From: Macrostomum hystrix
Lineage: Eukaryota > Animalia > Platyhelminthes
Reading direction: 5' to 3'
NCBI GenBank assembly: GCA_950097015.1
Contig: CATNEN010000025.1
Coordinates: 1,488,001 to 1,552,000 of the forward strand
DNA length: 64,000 nt
Numbering within the stretch: the stretch's first letter is position 1; the number at the start of each line of letters is the position of its first letter. The position numbers and the translations under genes were made by a program. The notes under the pieces were generated by a model that saw only the letters and a list, made by a program, of their open reading frames with translations, was not told the DNA's origin and did not search any database. This document shows, in pieces, positions 1-11,598 of this stretch.

Positions 1-3000
1 AGCATGCCGGTTTGCCGACGTCGGTTAGGCTGCTGCTGCTGCTGCTGCCGCTGAGATCCGGACTCACGATTGGGACTCTGAGATGACCGGTGGTTCTCGA
101 AGTGCTGTTTCACCTGCTGCAGGTGCTGCAGCTGAAGGAAGTCCTCGACTCGTATCCCGCCCTCCAGTTCGGTGCTGAATGAGCAGGTGGTTGACGGTAG
201 GTGCATGAAGGACCTAAAAACCAACAAATGCTTTCCACCTGGTCTAGGAGGGGGTGATTGGCGGTGCGGTCTAGCACGTTTGCCTCTTGCACCAAGGTCC
301 CAGAGCTCGACTCAGCAGCAAGGCCACATTATTCGTGGCGCAACCGCGATGGAGAATTAAGGCTTCGGGTGGTTGGGGGCTTGTCGTGCTATCTCCTTCA
401 ATGCCGTGATAATGCTTGGACAGGCAAGGAGTGAGGTAGTTTGGTAGGCACAGATTGGGGTGGTTGGGTGGGCACGGAGTGAGCTTTGTGCATAGAAAGG
501 GAATAAAATTTTTGTATGGGCATGGAGTGATCTGGTTAGGTAGGCACGGAGTGAGGTGGTTGGATAGAAAGGGAGTGAGGGGTTGTATAGGCAGGGAGTG
601 AGGGGGTTGTATAGGCAGGGAGTGAGGGGGTTGTATAGGCAGCGAGTGAGGTGGTTGTATAGGCAGGGAGTGAGGTGGTTGTTTAGGCAGGGAGTGAGGT
701 GGTTGTTTAGGCAGGGAGTGAGGTGGTTGTTTAGGCAGGGAGTGAGGTGGTTGTATAGGCAGGGAGTGAGGTGGTTGCTTAGGCAGGGACTGAGGTGGTT
801 GTTTAGGCAGGGAGTGAGGTGGTTGTTTAGGCAGGGAGTGAGGTGGTTGTTTAGGCAGGGAGTGAGGTGGTTGTATAGGCAGGGAGTGAGGTGGTTGCTT
901 AGGCAGGGAGTGAGGTGGTTGTATAGGCAGGGACTGAGGTGGTTGTATAGGCAGGGAGTGAGGTGGTTGTTTAGGCAGGGAGTGAGGTGGTTGCATAGGC
1001 AGAGAGTGGGGTCGGCGATGCAAAAGGGCAGTAAATATGCTCCAAACTAAGGTAGTTGGGTTTCCCCTTGATTATATTGATAAAGCGGTCGAATGTTGCA
1101 TATTCAATGAGCCGCTAATCTTGTCCTTTAGTTTTTTGCATTAGAAACACTATGAAAATCATAAGATAATAAAAAAAAGTTCCTGCGAGTTCGAAAAAAG
1201 AGTCTTCATATTAGGCAAAATGTTAGCACTCGTAAGATTGTCTGCCTGTTTGACTAAGCTGCCAACCGTAAAAATCTTTGCATGTAATATCCAGACTGAA
1301 TGACACGGGCTTACATAAAATGCTTTCAAGTCCGCTAAAAGTACGTAGTTTTTTTCACTCACCGGGCGCACACTGATCGCTTCATAAATTGATGGCTAAG
1401 AAGAACTTTGATCCTCTAAAGATTTAACAAAATTCACTGGAAGCCAGTCAGACGTGGCCATATTTGCTCGCCTTAAAAGTTGCAGTCACGCAATGAATTG
1501 AGAGCCAATTTACTTATCTCCAGCCTTTGCCTCAATGGCAGAGCAAAATGAGATGAAATAAAAAAGGAAACAGACACGGACTGACTCGCAGAGCCGCCCG
1601 ACTGCTCGCTCTCACACGAAGCAGAGACCTCTCTCTCTGCATAAGTTTCTTTATGGCTGCAGCTAACTTGCCGCTTCCGATGCTACCGAGTAAAGATATG
1701 TTTTTCTTGCTGATCATACCTTTCTTCTGTTTTTCTTTCATTGTTAATTGTTTATTTAGGTAGAAATGAGCTCACAGCGCACCTTGAGAACGACAGGTTT
1801 CATTAGGCATTGCTGCTTTTTCTACTTTTGTGTTTTTCTCTCGCTCAAAAAGTCTAAAATCCATAGACGTTTTGTCAATGGCCTTATTAACTTTTAATTT
1901 TTATAGATGAGATCTAAACAGAAAATTAACCTACTAAGGCTTGATTGACAAAGAAACCTATTTAAAAGTTTTTATTAATAATTGCACGAATTCTTGATAA
2001 CGGACGCAATTAAATGTAAATGTTTTTAGATTCTGGTTCACGTTGAAGAGTAATAATAAAACCGTTGAATGAGATTCAGGTTGAACGATATGAGATTACA
2101 TCTGTTCGGTACAATATTCAGCTAGATTAAGCGACGTCAGATTCAGTTTTAAGGATGTGAAATTCAGGTTTAAGGATGTGAGATTCAGTTTTAAGGATGT
2201 GAAATTCAGGTTTAAGGATGTGAGATTCAGGTTTAAGGATGTGAGATTCAGGTTTAAGGATGTGAGATTCAGGTTTAAGGGTGTGAGTTTAAGGTTTAAG
2301 GATGTGAGATTCAGGTTTAAGGATGTGAGATTCAGGTTTAGGGATGTGAGATTCAGGTTTAGGGGTGTGAGTTTAAGGTTTAAGGATGTGAGATTCAGGT
2401 TTAAGGATGTGAGATTCAGGTTTAAGGATGTGAGATTCAGGTTTAAGGATGTGAGATTCAGGTTTAAGGGTGTGAGTTTAAGGTTTAAGGATGTGAGATT
2501 CAGGTTTAAGGATGTGAGATTCAGGTTTAGGGATGTGAGATTCAGGTTTAGGGGTGTGAGTTTAAGGTTTAAGGATGTGAGATTCAGGTTTAAGGATGTG
2601 AGATTCAGGTTTAAGGATGTGAGATTCAGGTTTAAGGATGTGAGATTCAGGTTTAAGGATGTGAGTTTAAGGTTTAAGGATGTGGGATTCAGGTTTAAGG
2701 ATGTGAGATTCAGGTTTAAGGATGTGAGATTCAGGTTTAGGGATGTGAGATTCAGGTTTAGGGGCGTGAGTTTAAGGTTTAAGGATGTGAGATTCAGGTT
2801 TAAGGATGTGAGATTCAGGTTTAAGGATGTGAGATTCAGGTTTAAGGATGTGAGTTTAAGGTTTAAGGATGTGGGATTCAGGTTTAAGGATGTGAGATTC
2901 AGGTTTAAGGATGTGAGATTCAGTTTTAAGGATGTGAGATTCAGGTTTAAGGGTGTGAGTTTAAGGTTTAAGGATGTGAGATTCAGGTTTAAGGATGTGA

Positions 3001-4085
3001 GATTCAGTTTTAAGGATGTGAGATTCAGGTTTAAGGGTGTGAGATTCAGTTTGAACAACGGGAGATTCACACTGAAGGATTGATGGAGGATTCAGGTGAC
3101 CTCAGAATGCTATTCAGTGTGAGTGACATGAGATTTTGTCGGTGCGGCTCAAGATTTAAGTTGAGCTCCCGTGAGATTCAGTCAAGATCGCATCTCATGT
3201 CAGACAATTGTCGACCTCTCACCGCATACGATAGACCAGCAAGTCAGGCCTTGTCTGCTGAAGCAGCGGGCGCGACCAAAATGACCTCCATGTAGTGACA
3301 GCTCCTAGCACGAACTTCGGAGTAGACAACAAGCTGCTGTAGTCTTCTGGTTTCTTCATCGGTTTGAGTCTGGTTTGAGTTCTACTCAGTCCAAGCTCTT
3401 AGTAACAAACTCTAAGACGGCATAAAATGCGCTTCATGTTCGCTAATACTGTCATCGGATTTAAAAAGTGGATTGAAGATAAGGAGACCGACTGGTTTTC
3501 AATTAATTGTTAATCTGATCCTATAAAGACGCCCTAGCAGATACAAGTGTCCACATAGAGATCGGACATAGGCACAATGGCCAGTAATAAACTTACGCAG
3601 TCAATGGCTTGTTGAGCACGCTGTCTAGATGATTCACCAGACTTTTAATCTGCGATGGCAATAGAAAATTTACCAACTTAAATTTTGATTACGTTTCTCT
3701 TCAAACAAGAAAAATTGCATTTGACTCCGCATTAGACTACTGATAGTTTGGATGTCAGTAGAAATATATGCATTTTAAATTCTTACCCTCATTTTGCTGC
3801 CTCGCCGATCCCTCTGCCCGCTGGGACCTCCGACAACTTGAAGTCGTTCAAGCCCGCCTTCAGCCGCCTCCGCTGCCGCCTTCACCTGATCGGCCTCCTC
3901 AGCGCTGGCCTTCTTTATGCCGCGAGCCAGCTCCGTCCAGATGTTCACACGTCGCGGCAACTCTAGGAGGCCGCCGCCCCCGCCGCCTCCGCCGCCGTCT
4001 CCGGCTCCTTCGTCGTCACCTTGGCCGACAGGGCTGTCCGTCATTACCTTGGCGACGGCACCGCGAAGCTTGCCCAGTGCGAGAC
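1..4085 (-). CDS. Putative spliced gene of unknown function (candidate exons ~3787-4085, ~3223-3400, 1-213; continues beyond window start)
   Basis: Minus-strand splice signals: acceptor TTTTTAG before 213, donors GTGAG at 3222 and GTAAG at 3786, acceptor CCAG before 4085. Open GC-rich frames read GLALGKLRGAVAKVMTDS...GSKMR, ...TWRSFWSRPLLQQTRPDLLVYRM and SFMHLPSTTCSFSTELEGGIRVEDFLQL...QQQQQQ. The 3223 donor and 213 acceptor are phase-compatible; the link to the 3787 exon is unresolved. Confidence 0.45.
560..1010. repeat. 24-bp minisatellite (GCAGGGAGTGAGGTGGTTGTTTAG)n
   Basis: Direct tandem copies; explains the RQGVRWLF / PPHSLPKQ periodic ORFs. Confidence 0.95.
2130..3055. repeat. 21-bp minisatellite (GATGTGAGATTCAGGTTTAAG)n
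   Basis: About 44 tandem copies; explains the KDVRFRF / LNLTSLN ORFs. Confidence 0.97.
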
Positions 4086-4127
4086 CTGGTAAGGAGGATG
4101 AGAAAAAGTAGAAAGACAAAAACTCCA

Positions 4128-4235
4128 CTGAACCCAGGGAAAGTCCACTGACACCCCAGAGAGTCCTCTGACTCCCCAGAGAGTCCACTGAATCCCAGAA
4201 GGTCCACTGACCCGAGAGAGCCCACTGACTACTAA
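4128..4235. repeat. Short degenerate ~21-bp tandem repeat (GAGTCCACTGA..CCCAGA)
   Basis: About 5 imperfect copies. Confidence 0.7.
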
Positions 4236-4449
4236 TAGACCATAATATTCGTAGTACAAGGGCATTAACTTAATACTTTCAGGGGGTTTTTGTGTTTGGC
4301 GGCTGTGTGTTTTGTGTTGGGCCCATTCATGAGGCTGTCATTACACACCCATTGTGACTTGTGGGTTGGCACTCGTTGGTGTGAAATCAGTGGCGCTGCG
4401 GACCTAAATGATTAGTAGGGCGCCCTACAGCAATGTCATTCTCATCCGC

Positions 4450-4950
4450 CATTCCCTGTCTTATCTCTCCCGTGTCTTATCTCACCCCTGTCTCATCTCT
4501 CCCCAGTCTCATATCTCCCCTATCCCATCTCTCCCCTGTCTCATCTCTCCCCTATCCCATCTCTCCCCTATCTCATCTCTCCCGTGTCTTATCTCACCCC
4601 TGTCTCATCTCTCCCCAGTCTTATATCTCCCCTATCCCATCTCTCCCCTGTCTCATCTCTCCCGGGTCTTATCTCACCCCTGTCTCATCTCTCCCCAGTC
4701 TCATATCTCCCCTATCCCATCTCTCCCCTGTCTCATCTCTCCCCTGTCTCATATCTCCCCTATCCCATCTCTCCCCTATCCCATCTCTCCCCTGTCTCAT
4801 CTCTCCCATGTCTCATCTCTCCCCTGTCTCATCTCTCCCCCTGTCTCATCTTTCCCCTGTCTCATCTCTCCCCTGTCTCATCTCTCCCATGTCTCATCTC
4901 TCCCCTGTCTCATATCTTCTCTCATCTCTCCACTTTCATCTCTCCCCTGT
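4450..4950. repeat. ~16-bp pyrimidine-rich minisatellite (CCCCTGTCTCATCTCT)n
   Basis: Tandem imperfect copies. Confidence 0.9.
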
Positions 4951-5484
4951 TAATGCATAATCTTGGATTCTCTCTTTGGCCATCAGGTATATTAAGGTTT
5001 CTGACATCTCCCTGCCCTCGCCAAAGGTGATGTTAAGACACAAAGATTTAAATCGACAATTGAAATTTGAAGTTAAACTTACTCATTGCTTCCTTCAAGC
5101 CTAAACAGAGGAGTAGATTATGAAAATGGTTAAAGTAATTCACACGGAAAATCTTATTTTGTTTTTTTTTTCAACGAATAACTTTCTTTTTTTAGTATCT
5201 TTCTTTAAAAATTTCCATTCTCTCCTCTGGCAAGCCAACTCAGTGTTATGTGTTTTATTTTGCAGTCCAAGTCAAACTCGTTGCAGGTTGTTTAATTGAC
5301 CCCTCGCGAGGACCCAGGCTTGGCTGTTTACTCAGAGCTGTACAAAGAGCAGTTAAGCAGTGACTGGTCATACGCAGTTCAATGATATATTGCTAAATGC
5401 CTGTCAAAAAAGCGCATTGCAGCTGTTCTGATAGATAGTTGGATAGAGAAGACTGACCTAAAGAGTTTGAGCACCTTGGATACC

Positions 5485-6640
5485 TCATTTGCGAGCGCCG
5501 CGGCCACCCCCAGAGGCCCTGCATAAGGCTGAGCAGTTAAATGTGGCATAAAAAGATACTTAAGACTCTCCAGCTGTTTATCATGTGAAGCACTGTGAGC
5601 GCTTAATTGGGTCCGCAGACAGTTGAGAGTTGAGTTTTAGTATGTACTCGTAGATTCTACTCAACTATGCCTGACAAGCAGCGGCTGCCAGCTGCTCAGA
5701 GAAATAAAAAATTATAGCACTTTTGTTTCTCTTTTTCGTGTTGTGAAGGATAGGAAAGTACAGTTACCCTTAATTTTTATAGCTTTTATAATTAGTACAA
5801 ATTCGCAGACAAAACTTGAGGTTTGAAAAGATAAAATAATGCCAAAGAATGCAAGCACTATTAAACCTATCTAGAATACCTGATAGTTCCTAGAATTCCC
5901 GACAATTCCTAGAATACCTGATAGTTCCTAGAATACCTGACGATTCCTAAAATACCAGACAATTCCTAGAATACCTGACAATTCCTAGAATACCTGACAA
6001 TTCCTAGAATACCAGACAATTCCTAGAATACCTGACAATTCCTAGAATACCTGACAATTCCTAGAATACCTGACAATTCCTAAAATACCAGACAATTCCT
6101 AGAATACCTGACAATTCCTAGAATACCAGACAATTCCTAGAATACCTGACAATTCCTAGAATACCTGACAATTCCTAGAATACCTGACAATTCCTAGAAT
6201 ACCTGACAATTCCTAAAATATTTTAAAATTCCTAGAATTCGCGACAATTCCTAGAACACTCGAAAATTCCTAGAATACCCGACAATTCAAAGAATTTATC
6301 ATGTTTATCATGTGAGCGCTTAATTGGGTCCGCAGACAGTTGAGAGTTGAGTTTTAGTATGTAGAATTCTACTCAACTATGCCTGACAAGCAGCGGCTGC
6401 CAGCTGCTCATTTGCGAGCGCCGCGGCCACCCCCAGAGGCCCTGCATAAGACTGAGCAGTTAAATGTGGCATAAAAAGATACTTAAGATTCTCCAGCTGT
6501 TTATCATGTGAGCGCTTAATTGGGTCCGCAGACAGTTGAGAGTTGAGTTTTAGTATGTAGATTCTACTCAACTATGCCTGACAAGCAGCGGCTGCCAGCT
6601 GCTCAGAGAAATAAAAAATTATAGCATTTTTGTTTCTCTG
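5485..6640. repeat. Locally duplicated ~200-bp unit (5485-5730; repeated at 6300-6640) bracketing a 20-bp satellite
   Basis: Near-identical blocks GAGCGCTTAATTGGGTCCGCAGACAG...GCTGCCAGCTGCTCA at ~5597, ~6314 and ~6510; block CATTTGCGAGCGCCGCGGCC at ~5486 and ~6408. Confidence 0.85.
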
Positions 6641-6770
6641 ACAATTCCCCGACAATTCCTAGAATACCCGACAATTCCTAGAATACCCGACAATTCCTAG
6701 AATACCTTACAACTCCTAGAATACCTTACAATTCCTAGAATACCCGACAATTCCTAGAATACCTTACACT
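5865..6770. repeat. 20-bp minisatellite (AATTCCTAGAATACCTGACA)n in two blocks, 5865-6290 and 6640-6770
   Basis: Direct tandem copies. Confidence 0.92.
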
Positions 6771-6815
6771 TACTTAGCATACTTAGCATGTGGAATGCTG
6801 TCATAGACAACACAG

Positions 6816-7496
6816 TGTCCGGCTCCGTTCCAGCTCGACCCCGAGACGCGGCTGTGCCTGTACTTCTACAACGGATCGGAGAGCTTCGACTGGTGCACCG
6901 CAAACCACCGTTGTGCCGCGATGGGCGGTGAGCTGCTCAACTCGCCGGAGTCGCTGTCCCTGTTGATGTCCTCGAATCTGTCCAAGATCAACTTCGTTTA
7001 CGACATGTGGCTGGGGCTCAGTGACCTGGCATCGGAGGTGAATCTCAGTCGAGCCGGCTGGCAGAGAATCAACGGTGGAGGGATCTTCCCAAAGAATGAC
7101 TCAATGTGGTTACCAGGAGAGCCGAATGGCGGCAGTGCTCAGAATTGCGGACGAATCTATCGCCAGGGCTTTGCTCTGAGCGATACGCCCTGTACTCTGC
7201 TGCGCGGCTTCATCTGCCAGTTCGTGGAGCCGACTGCTGCCAGCAAGTCGGCCGGACTCTGGACTCGGACTGACTTCAAGAACAACCGAACTGACGCATA
7301 CTACTGTTACAGTGAGCTGCAGGGAGCGGACTCACTGAACACCTGCCTGATCAGAGCCTCCCTGTGTGGCAGCAGCTGCCGCGGCGCTCTGTACAACAGC
7401 AAGCTGGGCGCCTGCCGCCTGCTGCAGTTCGCCGACGCTCCGGTCGACCCGTCGATCGAGAGCAACCCCGACTGGATCAAGCTGGCCAGGGACTGA
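6816..7496 (+). pseudogene. C-type lectin + PAN/apple gene copy 1; 5'-truncated with no signal peptide, remaining frame intact
   Basis: Frame CPAPFQLDPETRLCLYF...MWLGLSD...EPNGG..QNC...FICQ...CLIRASLCGSSCRGALYN..CRL is open from 6816 to 7496. An in-frame TAG lies just upstream (6804-6806) and there is no leader homologous to copies 2-4. Confidence 0.75.
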
Positions 7497-7993
7497 CCTT
7501 TTTGCATCAGTTAGCCTCGCTAAAAGATAAACTGAGACTGAGACTTTAGAATAATGAACAATGAGAGTGTTTGGTTATGTGTTCGCAGTTGTTTCTGAAA
7601 ACACCAACTTTTTGCGATAATTATTACATTACAGCTTGAGAAGTCAACATTTTTTCTCTTTTGTTTCGAGACTAGCCCGGATTGTTAGGAAAATGTGTAT
7701 GAGACATTGCTTGATGAATAGATGAATTTTGCGCCCAAGCTCAAAACTCGAAAGTACGCTAAAAGACCACTGGCCTGCAGCAGACCCTAGACAATTATCC
7801 TATACAAGACGAAGGGATTGGGGTCGCTGCGGGAACGACGCATTGTTTGAGCTGCACAACGAGTTCCAGAATTCAGAGGTTTCTCTGTCGTCAACCCTGG
7901 TATCAACATTGCTGAAGGCACTAACGAGAACATGGCGTCATTTTTGTTAATCTTTTTGACAGAATATCTTATAAACCGCCTTTGTATCAGCAC

Positions 7994-9338
7994 TAGGGGT
8001 GTTCGGGGTTCGGGGTTAGGTCGGGGTTCGTGGTCGGGATTAGGGGTCGGGGTTCGGGGTCCCGATGAATGTTCGGGATGGGGTTCGGGGTCCCGATGAA
8101 TTTTCGGGATGGGGTTCGGTGTCCCGATGAATGTTTGGGATTTGTTTCCGGGTCCCGATGAATGTTCGGGATGGGGTTCGGTGTCCCGATGAATGTTTGG
8201 GATGGGGTTCGGTGTCCCGATGAATGTTTGGGATGGGGTTCGGTGTCCCGATGAATGTTTGGGATGGGGTTCGGTGTCCCGATGAATGTTTGGGATGGGG
8301 TTCGGTGTCCCGATGAATGTTTGGGATGGGGTTCGGTGTCCCGATGAATGTTTGGGATGGGTTCGGTGTCCCGATGAATGTTTGGGATGGGGTTCGGTGT
8401 CCCGATGAATGTTTGGGATGGGGTTCGGTGTCCCGATGAATGTTTGGGATGGGGTTCGGTGTCCCGATGAATGTTTGGGATGGGGTTCGGTGTCCCGATG
8501 AATGTTTGGGATGGGTTCGGTGTCCCGATGAATGTTTGGGATGGGTTCGGTGTCCCGATGAATGTTTGGGATGGGGTTCGGGGTTCCAGATAAATGTTCG
8601 GAATCGGGGCTCGGGACGGGATTTTGGACCGGGATTTCGGGGTTTCGCAAATTTTCTGAATTCCCATAGAACTATGAAAAAATCCTTATGAATTAGCTTT
8701 TTTTCGTTTTTAACGTGATCGCTTAAGGCATATGACGCTTAAATTCAAAGCTTTATTTAATGCTTTTCTTGTGCACGTGCATAATACAATACATACTTTA
8801 CATGACTGACTTGGCTTTTGAGACGTGCCGTCCATAAACTGCGATGACTATCAAGTCAAAAAGAGTTTTCTAGCTTATTTAAACTCGTTAACTATTACTA
8901 TATAGCTAGCTTTAAACTATATTTTTTTACTTAGGGTATAGTATTTGTGCTATTACTACTGTTATTTTCTATAATTAAGTTAATATGTTTTTAAGGTATT
9001 GTTTCTTAGAAAATGTTTTTTAATCTTAAGAATCGTAAGAAATCCCCTATTAATGCCCCCAGTTCACTATTTGATTCACTATTGGAAAAATAACAAGATA
9101 ACAAATGAAATGCAACATGCCTTAAATTAATTTCACATTAATTTTAAGTTGAACTGAAACAGGCTAATAGTAGTAAGTAGCCGTCAATACCACTTTTTAT
9201 TTCATCTATTGCTTACTTCGGGGTTATCGGGGTTCGGGGTCGGGATTAGGGTTCGGGATGGGTTCGGGGTTCGGGGAAAGATGTTCGGGATCGGGTTAAC
9301 CCCGAACCACGAAAAAAATGCCATCCCGAACATCCCTA
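7994..9338. mobile_element. Non-autonomous hAT-type DNA transposon (MITE-like, 1345 bp) with an internal 31-bp tandem array
   Basis: TIRs TAGGGGTGTTCGGG / CCCGAACATCCCTA. 8-bp TSD ATCAGCAC (7986-7993) / ATCTGCAC (9339-9346). Single-copy empty site ATCTGCAC at 17667-17674 in the paralogous flank. No transposase ORF. Confidence 0.9.
8075..8590. repeat. 31-bp minisatellite (GATGAATGTTTGGGATGGGGTTCGGTGTCCC)n inside the hAT element
   Basis: Tandem copies; source of the 31-aa periodic ORFs. Confidence 0.93.
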
Positions 9339-9881
9339 ATCTGCACAAATATATGAATTTTTCTAGCCGTGAAAGAATCCGACTGAGATGCTGAGAAGAC
9401 TGACAAGTTTATTGGCATGGTTCTGTTCACGGGCATTGGCCAATGACAATAGAGACCGGCTATTTCGGGTATCAATGTCTGTATCAACAGCCATATCCTC
9501 AATATCCTGAATAGCCGGTATTTATATTTACATTAACAGCAAGCTGACGATACTCCGCGCACGATTTATTGTTTTAATTCTAGAGAATACAGAAAAAGTG
9601 CATTGATGCTACAGTCGTCGTTAGCCACATTGGTCAGCCTTGTCCTAACAAGAATGCCGCTGTTTAGTCGGCGTTTTCAAAGACGCGAAGCACTTCACTA
9701 AGAGCGCAAAGAGAGCCAGTACATGCATGTCCGAATTCATGTTCGGTACTGAGTTGAAGACAATGCTGGAATGTAGGCAGGGGAGAAATAGTGTGGTATT
9801 TCTACTGTTAAAGTGAAGCAGGCCTCGTTTTGGGTTTTACTGATGTCCCAGAGGTAGCTGAAAGCGTTGCTAGTACTGAGC

Positions 9882-10114
9882 AGCTGTTTTGCCTGGTTGG
9901 AGCGTCCGACTCACGACTTGAAAGTCATGAGTTCGATTCCCGACTTGATTGTAACAATTTGTGTCCTTAGCAAGACAGCCGTTAAATGGTTACCAGCATT
10001 AGCTGGTGTAATTGGCGTGGGTATTGGGGTAGCGGACTGAACAGCCGTAAACAGCCTTCAGATGCGCCGCGCAATAGCTGCGGCTGTGATGTCGGCTGCA
10101 CATCTGGCCCAATC
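9882..10114 (+). mobile_element. tRNA-derived CORE-type SINE, copy A
   Basis: A-box-like TGGTTGGAGCG and B-box GAGTTCGATTCC; CORE-like GTGTCCTTAGCAAGAC...TAAATGGTTACC; 3' part GCCTTCAGATGCGCCGCGCAATAGCTGCGGCTG is shared with copies B-D. Confidence 0.8.
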
Positions 10115-10415
10115 ACCGTAGGTGTATTCAATTATTATTAATATCCTTACAATTACTATAATAATTTGAATATGACTATAAACAATCTGCTTGGCTGTGT
10201 AGAATCTGAAACGTCTTTATCTAGTCTCTCCAGCCTTCAATTCTTTCCCACTACTTGTCGAATGCTAAATTGGCCTTAATTGAGTGATGTTGATGTAAAC
10301 GCATTTCTATCGGCATCTCAATGTTTTTCAATCAAGAAAAAGAGCAACCCAGACTGGCTCAAGTTTCAGCGTTGGCTGAGTCCTAAGCTTCAAAAGGAGG
10401 AATCTGTCTAGTGAT

Positions 10416-11350
10416 TCCTTTCCTGCTTGTGCAGGCACTGGACTGGGTGCTGAGGATCGGCCTGCCCAACCCAGACGACGGCTTCCTGCTGAGAAGGCGC
10501 ACGAGTCGGCGGCACCCGGAGAAGCGGCTTTCCGTTCTGGGCTACACGGATGACCTCGCGCTACTAACATCGACGGCCGAAGGCGCTCAGCGGCTGCTGG
10601 ATGGCCTGACGAAGGCAGCATCGCAGGTCGGCCTCATGCTGAACTCGCGGAAGACGGTCATCATAACGGTGCTCTCTGACCTGCCTGCCGAGATCAATTA
10701 TCGAGACGCTGCCGGGGATCCAGTCAGGCGTACCCGCTGCCAGTGGTTCTTGCACCTCGGTGGCCTCGTGCCGGACGTTGCCAACGACCTGGTGAGGCGA
10801 TGTGGACTGGCCTGGGCCGCATTTCGCTCTGTGCGCTCCGTGCTCCAATCTGAGGCCCTTGACGACGGGGTCAGGGCTCGGTTGTTTCAGGCAGTAGTTG
10901 AGACTGTCATGCTGTATAACGCCGAGACCTGGACGCTGACGGACGCCTTGGAGAGGCAGGTGGACGCTGCGCGGGCGGCGTTCGGGGTGCGCAGCGGCAC
11001 AGGCAGCGAGATCGATGCCGCGCTCTACGCAAGGGCGCGCCTGACGCGGCCTTCTGACCTGCTGCGCGGGCGACGACTTCGACTGGCTGGCCACGTCATG
11101 CGGTCGGAGGCCCGCTGCCCTGAGCCACAACACGACGTGCTGCTGCTCAAGCTGCAGGGACCGCGCAGGTGAGGCCAAGGGCGAACGGCGAGATTTCCTG
11201 ACCGGCTTCTGCGTGATACTGGCGCCCGTGACCAAGCTAGCGGGTGTGACTTTTTGAGGTCGTCGGCCCAGAGACGCGCTCTCTGACTTCTCCCCCTTTC
11301 TGGCCACTGTGTGGCTGGTGGGAGCAGTCCTTTGTTGTTGTTATTGTTGT
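10416..11350 (+). mobile_element. 5'-truncated non-LTR retrotransposon (RTE-like RT C-terminal part), decayed
   Basis: PFLLVQALDWVLR...RRHPEKRLSVLGYTDDLALL...YNAETWTLT...RRLRLAGHV; premature TGA at 11170; short 3' UTR and (TTG)n tail at ~11330-11352. Confidence 0.9.
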
Positions 11351-11598
11351 TGCTGTTTCGTATGCAGCGAAGCATTGAAAATAAATATTACCGTACGAGA
11401 AATTCCAGAGGTACTGCATAAGTGCAGACTCGATAATTCATACAAGTTGCATCAGTAATGTTTTGTATGAATTAATTAATTAATAATTGATTACACCTGC
11501 CCCAATTGGGTCTCTGTCTCTGTCTCTGTCTCGGTCTCTGTTAAAGAAAGGGCAGTGACACACAAAGTGCTCAGCATCTTCGTTGTCGTACTCACAGA

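Noticed and set aside
11539-11597. TG...CA 59-mer as the 5' LTR of the first Gypsy
   Set aside because: It has no similarity to the sequence after the PPT at 13839 and no PBS follows.
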